Positions 39,322 through 49,134 of a stretch of 64,000 nucleotides of DNA are shown piece after piece. The notes beneath the pieces are model-generated. The model was not told the origin of the DNA, did not search any database, and saw only the letters and a program-made list of their open reading frames with translations. Both the position numbers and the translations under genes were made by a program. Numbering within the stretch: position 1 is the first letter of the stretch; the number at the start of each line of letters is the position of its first letter. Source of the DNA: Gammaproteobacteria bacterium (GTDB taxonomy: Bacteria > Pseudomonadota > Gammaproteobacteria > Steroidobacterales > Foliamicaceae); assembly GCA_009838035.1 (NCBI GenBank), contig VXSK01000020.1, forward strand, positions 875 through 64,874, written 5' to 3'.

Positions 39322-42031
39322 TCTTCAGAAGTTCCCGGCACTGCTCCAGCGACAGGGCGGCCGGGTCCTGTTCGCGCGGCACCGAAGCGTTGCGTGACCC
39401 GTCGGTGACGTACGGGCCGTAGCGGCCATCCAGTATCCTGATTCCGCCGTCCTCGAATTCCCGGATCGCCGGCCGCCTGGCTCGCCGGGCGGGCTGCACC
39501 TCGAGGGCTTCCTCCAGCGTCAGCGTGAACACCGAATGGGGCTTCGGCAAGCGAATGTACCGGGGCCGCGCCTTGCCGCCACGTTTCCCGATCTGCACAT
39601 ACGGTCCCTTGACCCCGCAGCCGACGTAAACGGGCCGGCCGTTGTCCGGGTGCTTTCCGAGTTCGCGGGGCAGGCGAAGCAGGCCGACCGCCTCGTCCAG
39701 CGTGACGGTGTAAGGGGAGATTTCGGGCGGCAGCGAGGCGTATTTCGGCTTTTCCTTGCCGCGCTCGCCGAGTTGCACGTACGGTCCGAATCGCCCCCGC
39801 CCGGCATAGACCGTGTCGTCGGTCTCCGGGTGCGGCCCCAGCTCCCGCGGCAGGGAAAGCAGCTTCAGGGCCTCCTCCAGCGTCACCGACTCCTCGCTCA
39901 GGCCGTCGGTCAGCGAGGCATATTTCGGTTTCTCCTCGCCGCCCCTCTCGCCGAGTTGCACGTAGGGGCCGTTGCGCCCGCTGCCGGCATAGACCGGTTG
40001 GCCGGTGGCCGTGTCCGTTCCGAGCAGACGCGGTCCGCGCAACAATTCCAGCGCCTGTTCAAGCGTGATGTCTTCGTAATTGAGGCCTTCGCGCAGGGTG
40101 GCGACCGGCGGCCGATGGTCCTCCGTGCGCTCGCCGAGCTGCACGAAGTACCCGTAGGGCCCCAGCCGTGCGTAAACGGGTTCGCCGCTTTCCGGGTGCT
40201 CGCCGAGCAGACGGCGCGGGCGTTCCTCGATGCCCTTCAGCGTGCGCTTTTTCTCCGTGAGCTGCTCCGAATAGTGGCTCCAGAACTCGTCCATGACCGG
40301 CACCCAGTGCTTCTCTCCGTTGGCCACGGCATCCAGGGACTCCTCCATTCCGGCGGTGAAGTCGTAATCGACGTAGTCATTGAAATGACGGGTAAGGAAG
40401 TCGGCCACCATCCTGCCCTTCTGGGTAGGCGCGAAATTGCGTTTTTCCATGACCGCATATTCGCGGTCGCGGATCTTGCGCAGGGTCTCGGCGTAAGTGG
40501 AAGGCCGTCCGATGCCGTGGTCTTCCAGCGCCTTTACCAGGCTTGCCTCGGTGTAGCGCGGCGGCGGCTCGGTGAAGTGCTGTTCGGTCGCGAGTTCGCG
40601 CACGTCCAGCGTTTCTCCAGTGGCCAGCGGCGGCAGCGCCTTGTCCCTGCTGTCCGCCGAACGCGCCAGGACCTTGAGGAAGCCCGGATGCGCGAGCGTG
40701 TTGCCGGTGGCCCGGAAGCGGCCCGCCGGGGTTGTTTCCGCGGCGCCCGGCGCTGTCTTGCCCGGAGTGAACTCCGCGCTCACGCGGTCGTAGACGGCGT
40801 CGCTCATCTGGCTGGCCACGGCGCGCCGCCAGATGATGTCGTAGAGGCGGTACTGGTCGGAATCCAGATGACTCTTGAGCGTTTCCGGCGCGCGCGCGAT
40901 GCTGGTGGGCCGGATCGCTTCATGCGCCTCCTGTGCGTTGCGGGTCTTGGTGCGGTACCGGCGCGGCGAACCGGGAACGAAACCGGCGCCCAGTTTCTCG
41001 GCGACGTATTCACGGATCTCCTGCACCGCTTCGCGCGCCATCTGCACGGAATCGGTCCGCATGTAGGTGATCAGTCCGACCGCACCGCTGCCGGTATCGA
41101 CGCCCTCGTACAGCGACTGGGCCACCCGCATCGTGCGTTGCGCCTGCATGCCGAGCTGGCGGGAAGCGGCCTGCTGCATGGTCGAGGTCGTGAACGGAGG
41201 GGGCGGGCCGCGTTTGGCCCGCGTGGGCTTGACGTTCGCGACGGTCAACACTCCGGGCCCGTCGTCCGATGCGCCCTCCTTCATCGCCGCAAGGAGCGTG
41301 TCGCGGGCTTGTGCGGTGGCCTCGGCGTCCCCCAGCGAGAACTTCTTCAGCTTCTCGCCTTTCAACTCCACAAGGGCGGCCTCGAATTCCTGGCCGTCCT
41401 TGCCGAGGTGCGCGGTGAGGGTCCAGTATTCGCGCGGCCTGAACGCCTCGATTTCCTTTTCCCGCTCCACGATCAGCTTGAGGGCGGGGCTCTGCACCCG
41501 GCCCGCCGAAAGGCCGCGCGTGAGTATCCGCGACAGCAGTGGCGAAAGGGTGAAACCGAGCAGCCGGTCCATGCAGCGCCGGGCCTTCTGGGCCTCCACC
41601 AGTGGCATCGACACGTCGCGGGGATCCTCGACCGCATTGTTGACCGCGCTGCGCGTGATCTGGTTGAAGGCCACCCGGTGAACCTGCTTGTTCTCGAGCG
41701 CCCCCGCATCGGACAACATCTCCAGCAGGTGCCAGGCGATGGCCTCGCCCTCGCGGTCCGGATCGGTGGCGAGATACAGCGCCGGCATCCTGGCCAGTGC
41801 GCTGCGGATCCGCGCTACCGCCGCTTTCGAACTCTCCACCGCCTCGAACTCCATCGCGAAGCCCTTCTTCGTGTCGATCGACAGCCCGCCACTCTTCAGA
41901 TCCCGCACGTGCCCGTTGCAGGCCAGCACGCGATAGTCCTTGCCGAGATAGCGTTGCAGCGTCCGCGCCTTGGCGGGAGATTCGACCACGATAAGGCCCC
42001 CCGCGGCCTTTCCGGTCGCGGCGCGCGTCAC
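39278..42031 (-). CDS. topA: DNA topoisomerase I (type IA, zinc-finger-less C-terminal repeat type)
   Basis: Toprim LIVVESPAKARTLQRYLG, active-site region ITYMRTDS, and four to five C-terminal repeats of the GPYVQLGERG..KPKYASL type. Confidence 0.97.
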   Translation of the reverse strand: MTRAATGKAAGGLIVVESPAKARTLQRYLGKDYRVLACNGHVRDLKSGGLSIDTKKGFAMEFEAVESSKAAVARIRSALARMPALYLATDPDREGEAIAWHLLEMLSDAGALENKQVHRVAFNQITRSAVNNAVEDPRDVSMPLVEAQKARRCMDRLLGFTLSPLLSRILTRGLSAGRVQSPALKLIVEREKEIEAFRPREYWTLTAHLGKDGQEFEAALVELKGEKLKKFSLGDAEATAQARDTLLAAMKEGASDDGPGVLTVANVKPTRAKRGPPPPFTTSTMQQAASRQLGMQAQRTMRVAQSLYEGVDTGSGAVGLITYMRTDSVQMAREAVQEIREYVAEKLGAGFVPGSPRRYRTKTRNAQEAHEAIRPTSIARAPETLKSHLDSDQYRLYDIIWRRAVASQMSDAVYDRVSAEFTPGKTAPGAAETTPAGRFRATGNTLAHPGFLKVLARSADSRDKALPPLATGETLDVRELATEQHFTEPPPRYTEASLVKALEDHGIGRPSTYAETLRKIRDREYAVMEKRNFAPTQKGRMVADFLTRHFNDYVDYDFTAGMEESLDAVANGEKHWVPVMDEFWSHYSEQLTEKKRTLKGIEERPRRLLGEHPESGEPVYARLGPYGYFVQLGERTEDHRPPVATLREGLNYEDITLEQALELLRGPRLLGTDTATGQPVYAGSGRNGPYVQLGERGGEEKPKYASLTDGLSEESVTLEEALKLLSLPRELGPHPETDDTVYAGRGRFGPYVQLGERGKEKPKYASLPPEISPYTVTLDEAVGLLRLPRELGKHPDNGRPVYVGCGVKGPYVQIGKRGGKARPRYIRLPKPHSVFTLTLEEALEVQPARRARRPAIREFEDGGIRILDGRYGPYVTDGSRNASVPREQDPAALSLEQCRELLKNARKKGSRKRPARR

Positions 42032-42135
42032 GCGGGGAGCACCTGCATGGGCCGGTTTGTTCTGGATGGAATCATCTGGCGATTGCGCTTTACTACACGG
42101 AGTCTACTGAAATCGAGCGCGCATCCTAGCACTGT

Positions 42136-43221
42136 TCAGCGGCCGTATTGAAACCGGCCGCCCGGCAGCGAATGCACGCGGCCCTCGAGCTCCATGCGCG
42201 TGAGCGCGGCGGCAAGCTCGGACGCGTCCAGCCCGGTCTGGCGCACGAGTTCGTCCATGCCCAGGGGTCCCTGGCGCAGCAGCCCGCCCACCAGCGGCAG
42301 TTCTCCGGGAGCCGGTTCGAGCGCCGCCTGCTCCGGCGCTTCCGCGCCGCCGATCTGCAGCAGGGCCGGCAGCTCTTCCAGCACGTCCCCGGGCCGCTCA
42401 ACCAGCTTGGCGCCGGCGCGGATCAGGGCGTGGCAGCCCCGTGACTGCGGGCTGTGAATCGAGCCGGGCACGGCGAATACCTCCCGGCCCTGCTCGGCCG
42501 CGGCGCGGGCCGTAATGCGCGCTCCCGAGCGTGCGGCCGCTTCGACGACCAGGACGCCCGCCGACATGCCGCTGATGATCCGGTTGCGGCGCGGAAACAT
42601 CCATTGCTGCAGTTCGATGCCCGGCGGATTTTCCGAGATCAATGCGCCCGCTGCGGTAATGCGCCGCGCCAGCTCCTTGTTGCGCCTTGGATATATGCGG
42701 TCCAGACCCGTGGCACAGACGCCGACGGTGATGCCGCCGCAATCCAGGGCCGCTTCGTGCGCGGCCGCATCGATGCCCTCGGCCAGCCCGCTGACGATGG
42801 CAAGGCCGCGGCGGGCCAGCGCGCGGGAAAAGTCCATCGCGGTCGATCGTCCCAGGGGCGTGGCCGCGCGGCTGCCCACGATCGCCAACTGCGGCTCGGC
42901 CAGCGCGGCAACCTGTCCGAGTACGAACAGCGCCGCCGGCGGATCGTCAATCTCGCGCAATAGCGGGGGAAAGCGTTCGTCGGTGAACGGCACCAGGTGA
43001 GCGCCCTCGCCGGCGATCCAGTCGATACAGGGGGCGATCACGGCCGGGTCCGGCTGCCGAAGCCAGTTCAGAACGGCGGGCGTCAGGCCGGCTTCGAGCA
43101 GTTCGGCGCCCGGCGCGGCAATGACGGCGTGCGCCTCGCCGTAGCGCTCGAGCAGCCTGCGCCGCAGCAGCGGCGACAGCGCGGGACACAATTGGAGGGT
43201 AATCCAGGGTTTTGCTTCCAT
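42136..43221 (-). CDS. dprA: DNA-processing protein DprA (Smf)
   Basis: Rossmann-like DprA core: LAIVGSRAATPLG, IVSGLAEGIDAAAH, VVVEAAARSGARITA. C-terminal winged helix. The ATG at 43221 has AGGA 8 nt upstream. Confidence 0.9.
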   Translation of the reverse strand: MEAKPWITLQLCPALSPLLRRRLLERYGEAHAVIAAPGAELLEAGLTPAVLNWLRQPDPAVIAPCIDWIAGEGAHLVPFTDERFPPLLREIDDPPAALFVLGQVAALAEPQLAIVGSRAATPLGRSTAMDFSRALARRGLAIVSGLAEGIDAAAHEAALDCGGITVGVCATGLDRIYPRRNKELARRITAAGALISENPPGIELQQWMFPRRNRIISGMSAGVLVVEAAARSGARITARAAAEQGREVFAVPGSIHSPQSRGCHALIRAGAKLVERPGDVLEELPALLQIGGAEAPEQAALEPAPGELPLVGGLLRQGPLGMDELVRQTGLDASELAAALTRMELEGRVHSLPGGRFQYGR

Positions 43222-43292
43222 GCGGGACATCCTTTGGTGACTGTGGGAAAATACCACAACTGCGGAATCCCTGGAGCCCTGACGTCCTGCCC

Positions 43293-43814
43293 ATGGCGGA
43301 ACTGCGAGTACTGACCTTTCCGGACCGCCGGCTGCGCCGCAAGGCCAGGCCGGTCGCGGTGGCCGGCGAGCGATTGCGGCGCCTGGCCGATGACATGCTG
43401 GAGACCATGTACGCCTCGAAGGGCGTGGGTCTTGCGGCGATCCAGGTGAACGTCGCCGAGCGCGTGCTGGTCATGGACGTATCGGAGGAACGCGACACGC
43501 CCCGCTGCTATGTCAACCCGGAGATTGTTTCCTCCGAAGGCGAGGTGGTGAGCGAGGAGGGTTGTCTGTCGGTGCCCGAATTCACCGCCGAGGTGCCGCG
43601 CGCCGAGCGGGTGAAGGTCCGGGCGTACACGACCGAAATGGAACCGGTGGAGGAGGAGCTGGAGGGGCTGGCTTCGATCTGCATTCAGCACGAGATCGAT
43701 CACCTGGACGGCAAGCTGTTCATCGACTACCTGTCGCCGCTCAAGCGCCGCATGCTGCGCAAACGCCTGGAGAAAGCCGAGCGGACCGGCAAGCCGGCGG
43801 TTCTGGAGTTCTAG
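43293..43814 (+). CDS. def: Peptide deformylase
   Basis: The three PDF motifs: GVGLAAIQV, EGCLSVP, QHEIDHLDG. Confidence 0.95.
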   Translation: MAELRVLTFPDRRLRRKARPVAVAGERLRRLADDMLETMYASKGVGLAAIQVNVAERVLVMDVSEERDTPRCYVNPEIVSSEGEVVSEEGCLSVPEFTAEVPRAERVKVRAYTTEMEPVEEELEGLASICIQHEIDHLDGKLFIDYLSPLKRRMLRKRLEKAERTGKPAVLEF

Positions 43815-43838
43815 CGCGGCCGTCACTGTCGCTTCACC

Positions 43839-44774
43839 ATGACCGCGCCTGCCAAGCTTCTATTTGCAGGCACGCCGGATTTTGCGCTGGCAGCGTTGCG
43901 CGCCCTGCACGGAGCGGGCCATGCCATTCCGGCCGTGATCACGCGGCCCGATCGCGCCGTCGGCCGCGGGCGCAGGATCGCGGCCTCGCCGGTCAAGAGA
44001 TGGGCGCGGGAAACCGGGCTGAACCTGCTGCAGCCGGCAAGCTGGAAGGACGCGTCACTGACGCGACAGCTTGAGGACTTCGGCGCCGACCTGCTGGTGG
44101 TCGCAGCCTACGGATCGATCCTGCCGGCCGCCGCGCTCGATGCATGCGCGCTCGGCGCGGTCAACATTCACGCGTCGCTGCTGCCCCGCTGGCGCGGCGC
44201 CTCGCCGGTCGCGGCGGCGATTCTGGCCGGCGACGGCCACACCGGGGTCACGCTGATGCAAATGGATGCCGGCCTGGACACGGGCCCGCTGCTGGCGGCC
44301 CGGCGCACCGCAATCGAGCCGCACGAAACCACTGGGACCCTGGAGCGGAGGCTGGCCCGGCTGGGTGCCGATCTGCTGATCGAGCAGCTTCCCGCGATCC
44401 TCGCCGGAGAGCTTGAAGCAGTTCCGCAGGATGCGGTCCTGTCCACCTACGCGCCGCTGATCGCCAAGCGGCAGGGCCGCCTGGACTGGACCCTGTCGGC
44501 CGAAGCGCTTGCCCGTCGCGTGCGTGCCTACGATCCCTGGCCGGTCGCGCACGCGATGTGGAGCGACAGGCCGCTGCGCCTTTGGAAAGCGCAGGCGCTG
44601 GAGGGCTCTGGAGGCGAGCCGGGTCGCGTCCTTGATATTTCGCGCGCCGGAATGGACGTGGCGACCGTCTCCGGCATGTTGCGGGTGCAGGAGGTCCAGT
44701 TGCCTGGCCGCCGCCGCATGCCCGCAAGCAATGCGGCGCGCGGCGCCCCTCTGGCCGAAGCGGTGCTGACGTGA
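43839..44774 (+). CDS. fmt: Methionyl-tRNA formyltransferase
   Basis: LLFAGTPDFA N-terminus, NIHASLLPRWRGASP, and TGVTLMQMDAGLDTG. Confidence 0.95.
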   Translation: MTAPAKLLFAGTPDFALAALRALHGAGHAIPAVITRPDRAVGRGRRIAASPVKRWARETGLNLLQPASWKDASLTRQLEDFGADLLVVAAYGSILPAAALDACALGAVNIHASLLPRWRGASPVAAAILAGDGHTGVTLMQMDAGLDTGPLLAARRTAIEPHETTGTLERRLARLGADLLIEQLPAILAGELEAVPQDAVLSTYAPLIAKRQGRLDWTLSAEALARRVRAYDPWPVAHAMWSDRPLRLWKAQALEGSGGEPGRVLDISRAGMDVATVSGMLRVQEVQLPGRRRMPASNAARGAPLAEAVLT

Positions 44775-46108
44775 GCGGGACCGGCGCCGGGCCCCGGCGG
44801 GTGAGCGCGCTGACCGTCTACGGCGTGCTGCAGGGACGGAGCTACCCGCGCGCGCTCGACGCCGCCGGATATTCGGAGCTGACGCCCGAGCGGCGGGCGC
44901 TGGCCGCGGAACTGGCGCTGGGGGCGTTGCGCTGGCATCACCGGCACGCGCAGTTGCTGGAACGGCTGATGGAGCGGCCGCGTCCGTCCGGCAAGCTCGG
45001 CGCTCTCCTGTCCGTCGGGCTGTTCCAGCTTGTCCGCACGCGGATCCCGGACCATGCCGCCGTGAGTTCCTGCGTTTCCGCGGGCAAGTCGCTGCTCGGC
45101 CCGGCCCCGGCACGCGCGGTCAACGCGGTCCTGCGCCGCTATCTGCGCGAAAGCCCTAGCCTGGAGAAGGCGGCCGATCAAAGCCTTGAGGGGCGCTACT
45201 CGCATCCCGAGTGGCTGATACGCCGATTGCAGGCCGCATGGCCGGGTCGCTGGAGTTCGATACTGCGGGCCGGCAACCGCAAGCCGCCGATGTGGCTGCG
45301 GGTCAATCGCACGAGGACCGGGCGCAAGGCGTACCGGATGCAGGCAACCTGCGCCGGCCCGTGGCGTTTCGCTCTGCCTGCCGATCTGCCGGACGCGCTG
45401 CAGCTCGATCCTCCGGGGCCGGTCCGCGATGTGCCCGGTTTTGCCGAAGGCCTGGTGTCGGTTCAGGACGCCGGGGCACAACTGGCGGCGCAGCTGCTCG
45501 GCGTTCGCCCCGGCATGCGGGTCCTGGACGCCTGCGCGGCGCCCGGCGGCAAGACCGCGCAATTGCTCGAGTTGTGCCCGGACCCGGAAGAGCTGGTGGC
45601 GCTGGACATCGATGGCGAACGGCTGGCGCGGCTGGAAGAGAATCTTGCCCGGCTCGGCTTGAGCGCCACCGTTCGCCGCGGCGATGCCTTGCGCCCGGAG
45701 GAGTGGTTCGACGGCGTCGCTTTCGACCGCATTCTGCTCGACGCGCCCTGCTCGACGATCGGCGTCATTCGCCGCCATCCGGACATCAAGCACCTGCGCC
45801 GCGATGACGACATTGCGCCTTTCGCCCGCGTGCAGGGACGGCTGCTTGAAAGCCTCTGGCCGCTGCTCAAGCCCGGCGGGCGCCTACTCTACAGCGTTTG
45901 CTCGGTTTTACCGGAAGAAACCGGTGATGTAATCCGGCGCTTTCTGGGCGAAAATAGGGGCCTGGCCCGTGAAGTCAGGAGTTGCGGCGGCGTTACCGGG
46001 GGATGGGCGCTGCCCTTGACGCGACACGGCTATCACACACTGCCCGGGAGGCGTTGCGCCGACGGACATTTCAATGCGCTGCTTGAGAAGCCGCTTCAGA
46101 TTCGCTGA
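44771..46108 (+). CDS. rsmB: 16S rRNA (cytosine967-C5)-methyltransferase
   Basis: NusB-like N-terminal domain. SAM motif VLDACAAPGGKT, with catalytic DAPCS and LLYSVCS. The GTG overlaps the fmt stop. Confidence 0.9.
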   Translation: MSGTGAGPRRVSALTVYGVLQGRSYPRALDAAGYSELTPERRALAAELALGALRWHHRHAQLLERLMERPRPSGKLGALLSVGLFQLVRTRIPDHAAVSSCVSAGKSLLGPAPARAVNAVLRRYLRESPSLEKAADQSLEGRYSHPEWLIRRLQAAWPGRWSSILRAGNRKPPMWLRVNRTRTGRKAYRMQATCAGPWRFALPADLPDALQLDPPGPVRDVPGFAEGLVSVQDAGAQLAAQLLGVRPGMRVLDACAAPGGKTAQLLELCPDPEELVALDIDGERLARLEENLARLGLSATVRRGDALRPEEWFDGVAFDRILLDAPCSTIGVIRRHPDIKHLRRDDDIAPFARVQGRLLESLWPLLKPGGRLLYSVCSVLPEETGDVIRRFLGENRGLAREVRSCGGVTGGWALPLTRHGYHTLPGRRCADGHFNALLEKPLQIR

Positions 46109-46667
46109 TACGCCCGCCCATTTCGGGCTGCTGGCGCTGGTTTGCCTGCTTGGCCTTCCCACGGCGGCCCCGGCATCGGAGGTTGACGTGCGCATGGCCT
46201 ACGCGCGCGCGGACGGGGAAAGCTGGCTGGTTACCACGCGGGTGGACATTGAGCTGGATGAAGAGGCCGAGCGGCTCTTGCGCGCCGGGCTGAGACTGAG
46301 GTTCGAGGTGGAATTCGCCGTGGCCCGGCCAAGGCCCGTGATCCCCGACAGTCAGCTGACCCTGGTGGTGCGCACCGTTTACCTCGAATTCGACCGCGAG
46401 GCCGACCGCTTTGTCGTCAGTTCCCCGTCGGCCGACGCCCGCGCGGAATTCGCGACGATGTTCTCCGCCCTGCGCAAGATCGGCTACGTGGCCGATCAGC
46501 CCCTGGCCCGCCGGGATGAGCTTCAGCCCGGAGAACCGCATGTTTTCTCCGTGCGGGCGCGGCTGTTTCCGGAGGAATCGACCTGGTGGCGCCGCAACGT
46601 AAGCGGCCGCCTGGGATTCGGGCTGGTCCTGCGCAGCGAAACCTACACCTGGTCCGTAACGCCTTAG
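46074..46667 (+). CDS. DUF4390 domain-containing protein (periplasmic, rsmB-linked)
   Basis: A signal peptide followed by a beta-rich domain. Its position directly after rsmB matches the conserved DUF4390 gene of Gammaproteobacteria. The family was recalled from memory, not tested. Confidence 0.55.
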   Translation: MRCLRSRFRFADTPAHFGLLALVCLLGLPTAAPASEVDVRMAYARADGESWLVTTRVDIELDEEAERLLRAGLRLRFEVEFAVARPRPVIPDSQLTLVVRTVYLEFDREADRFVVSSPSADARAEFATMFSALRKIGYVADQPLARRDELQPGEPHVFSVRARLFPEESTWWRRNVSGRLGFGLVLRSETYTWSVTP

Positions 46668-47419
46668 CCGCGCAGCAGCAGGCTTGCGGCCATCGCGGCA
46701 ACGGCGATGAGGAAAACGGCGCGAATCAGCGGCTCCCCTCTTGACACCGTCAGCCGCGCGCCCAGCCATCCCCCCGCGGAGTTGCCGATCGCCAGCGCCA
46801 GGCCAGCCAGCCACAGGATTTCCGATTGCCAGGCGAAGATCGCCAGCGCCAGGACCGTGTACGGCAGGATGATCACGACCTTGTACATGTTCACGCGCAC
46901 CAGGTCCATGCCCAGAATGCGATTGAGCGCCGGCATCAGCAGGAACCCCACGCCCACCTGAATAAAGCCGCCCCAGGCGCCGGCAAACACCAGTGCCGCA
47001 TAGCCCAGCCAGCGGCGGCCGGGACCGAGGGCCGACGTCGGAGCGGCCTTCCCGCGGCGCAGGATCAGCAGCGTGCAGACCACCATGGTCAGAACCACGA
47101 TCCGGTCAAACCACGGCCCGCTCATCCGCACGCCAAGCGACGCGCCACCCAAGGCGCCGGCGCATGCGAACAGCGACAGGAACAGCGCTTGCTTCAGTTC
47201 GCCGAAGCCGTGGCGCCGGAAGGTGCCCAGCGCCACCAGGTTCTGGGCGATGATGGAAACGCGCAGCGTTCCGTTGGCGATCGGCGCCGGGACGCCGGCC
47301 AGCAGCAGCACCGGGAGCGTAAGCAGCGATCCTCCGCCCGCCATCACGTTCAGAAAACCCGCCGCGCAGCCCGCCAGCGCCAGCAGCGGCAGAAATTCCG
47401 GCGGCAGCGAGTCGCTCAC
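46664..47419 (-). CDS. Sulfite exporter TauE/SafE family protein
   Basis: Seven to eight TM helices, with the GFLNVMAGGGSLLTLPVLL motif of the TauE/SafE (DUF81) family. Confidence 0.85.
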   Translation of the reverse strand: MSDSLPPEFLPLLALAGCAAGFLNVMAGGGSLLTLPVLLLAGVPAPIANGTLRVSIIAQNLVALGTFRRHGFGELKQALFLSLFACAGALGGASLGVRMSGPWFDRIVVLTMVVCTLLILRRGKAAPTSALGPGRRWLGYAALVFAGAWGGFIQVGVGFLLMPALNRILGMDLVRVNMYKVVIILPYTVLALAIFAWQSEILWLAGLALAIGNSAGGWLGARLTVSRGEPLIRAVFLIAVAAMAASLLLRG

Positions 47420-47444
47420 GGCGCGGACGGCTGCAAAAAGCCGG

Positions 47445-48509
47445 CTAGGTTGGCGGCAGGCTCGCCCGGATGACCTCGGGCAACGCTTCGCGATTCAGGG
47501 TCGGCAAGCCGGCGGGCGCCGGCCGCGAGTTGTAGGTGTTCCAGAACAGCAGGTTGCGGTCCTTGTGGCGTCCATTGCGCCCGTCGCTCAGCATGGCCGC
47601 CGCGCCCTTCCCGGAGTAGGTGTATTCCAAATGCGTGTTCGTTTCCCGTTTCATGAATTCGATCGCCGCCAGCGCCTCGTCGGTGGGCAGCGCATAGCCC
47701 GAACCCAGGAACTCGGTGCGAAACTCCACGCGGCTCAGGGGCTCGTCTTCGGGCAAGGGGCAGATGCCGTCCAGCAGCTGTCTCAATTGCCCCGCCAGCG
47801 ACCGGATCCTGCTCATCGACATCATGTTGTCGGACACGACGCGGGCCGCCACTATGCGCGTGGACAGTCCGGCCAGCGCAAGTCCCAGGTCGAGCCCCAG
47901 CGTGCTCCCGGAAGACCCGCAGGGCAGGTATATCAGGTCCGGCGCCGGACATTCCCCGGCCTTGACCTGCCCGGCCAGTTCGAGCGCGCCGCAGACGTAG
48001 CCCAGACAACCCAGCACCGAGGACCCCCCCAGCGGCACCTCGTACCAGGCGCCCTCTTCGGCCAGCAATCGCTCGCGCTCGCGCGCGGTTGCCTCCCGGT
48101 CGGCCGCCGCGATCAGCCGGGTACCCAGCAGGAGGTGGCAGCGAAGCGTTTCCTCGACGTAGGGCGTGGGCGGCTGGGGACGGACGATTCCGCAGCACTC
48201 GAGGCCGAGACCGCGGGCAGCGTGCGCGGTGGACAGAACGTGGTTGGATCCCACGGCGCCGTAGGTCAATACGCCCCGATAACCGCCCTCCAGCGCGTCG
48301 GCCAGCAGGAACTCGAGCTTTCTCAGCTTGTTGCCGCCGTATTTCGCGCCGCTGATGTCGTCGCGCTTGATCCAGGCGGAGCGGGCGCCGAGTTCATCGG
48401 CGAGCGAGTCATGGCGGTCCACCGGCGTGGGCGTATCGGCGAGGGCGCGCCAGGGGAAGCCTTGTCGAATGGCCTCGCCGCAGGCGCGGACCCGTGAGGC
48501 GGAAATCAA
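47445..48509 (-). CDS. D-cysteine desulfhydrase / ACC deaminase family PLP enzyme
   Basis: KRDDISGAKYGGNKLRKLEFLLADAL (PLP lysine) and GAVGSNHV. A probable TTG start at 48509 lies just after the SPOR gene stop. The longer 592-aa ORF was rejected. Confidence 0.8.
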   Translation of the reverse strand: MISASRVRACGEAIRQGFPWRALADTPTPVDRHDSLADELGARSAWIKRDDISGAKYGGNKLRKLEFLLADALEGGYRGVLTYGAVGSNHVLSTAHAARGLGLECCGIVRPQPPTPYVEETLRCHLLLGTRLIAAADREATARERERLLAEEGAWYEVPLGGSSVLGCLGYVCGALELAGQVKAGECPAPDLIYLPCGSSGSTLGLDLGLALAGLSTRIVAARVVSDNMMSMSRIRSLAGQLRQLLDGICPLPEDEPLSRVEFRTEFLGSGYALPTDEALAAIEFMKRETNTHLEYTYSGKGAAAMLSDGRNGRHKDRNLLFWNTYNSRPAPAGLPTLNREALPEVIRASLPPT

Positions 48510-48511
48510 CT

Positions 48512-49132
48512 CTATTGGCTCAGCTTGAGCAAGTAGAAGTCGAATCGATGCTGCTGCAGCCGGGCGCGGTCCGTGTTCAGCTGCGCGAGATCGTCGGTGG
48601 GACCGATCCGGACGCGGTAATAGGTCTGCCGGTCCACCATCACCGGCTGAATGCGCGCCGTCATGCCCACCAGCGCCAGCCTGGCCTTCAGCGACTCGGC
48701 CTCGGTCTCGCGGACGAACGCGCCCATCTGCAGGACGTACATGCCCGGCGTATCCACCGGACTGGGCGCCGGGGTTGGCGGCTCGGTATCCGGAACCTGT
48801 GATGCGGCAGGCTCGGTGGCGGTCGAGGCCACGGTTTCCGGGACGGACTCGGACGCGGGCGCCCCGGTGTCGGGCTCGGCAGCCGCGGGTTCTCCGGCCG
48901 GCTCGGGCCTGAAGGCCAGGGTTTCCTCCACGACCTCCTCGCCGCGTTCGAGCATGGTGTAGAAATCGAAGGTTGGGGACGACGACGGATTGTCTGCCGG
49001 CGTGCCCGACGAAGGCTGCGCCCACCATTCCGTGAGCATTGGGTAGCCCCAAAGGCCCAGCACCAGGCCCAGCACGACGCCCGTCACGAATTGGCCCCCG
49101 CGCCAGCCGCCGGATTTCTTTCGTTTTGCCAT
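48512..49132 (-). CDS. SPOR domain-containing protein (FtsN-like)
   Basis: N-terminal TM helix, a Pro/Glu-rich linker, and the C-terminal SPOR domain YVLQMGAFVRETEAESLKARL...YYRVRIGP. Starts 2 nt after the argS stop. Confidence 0.8.
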   Translation of the reverse strand: MAKRKKSGGWRGGQFVTGVVLGLVLGLWGYPMLTEWWAQPSSGTPADNPSSSPTFDFYTMLERGEEVVEETLAFRPEPAGEPAAAEPDTGAPASESVPETVASTATEPAASQVPDTEPPTPAPSPVDTPGMYVLQMGAFVRETEAESLKARLALVGMTARIQPVMVDRQTYYRVRIGPTDDLAQLNTDRARLQQHRFDFYLLKLSQ

Positions 49133-49134
49133 GC

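Noticed and set aside
39300-40150. Four to five tandem repeats of about 58 aa (GPYVQLGERG..KPKYASL...TLEEAL.LL.LPR.LG) at the 3' end of topA, considered as a novel repeat or domain
   Set aside because: This is the known C-terminal repeat architecture of type IA topoisomerases that lack zinc fingers. It is an expected feature, not a novelty.
39536-42151. Uninterrupted 871-aa ORF on the plus strand, antisense to topA
   Set aside because: It is the mirror frame of a strongly supported gene in a high-GC genome, where stop codons are rare on the antisense strand. The product is Arg/Ala/Gly/Pro-rich with no recognisable motif. topA explains the region fully.
42136-43221. DprA considered as the DprA-like component of a toxin-antitoxin or defence pair (ShosTA/PsyrTA-like)
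   Set aside because: It sits in the canonical dprA/def-fmt-rsmB arrangement next to topA-tsaC, with no phosphoribosyltransferase or RecQ-like partner.
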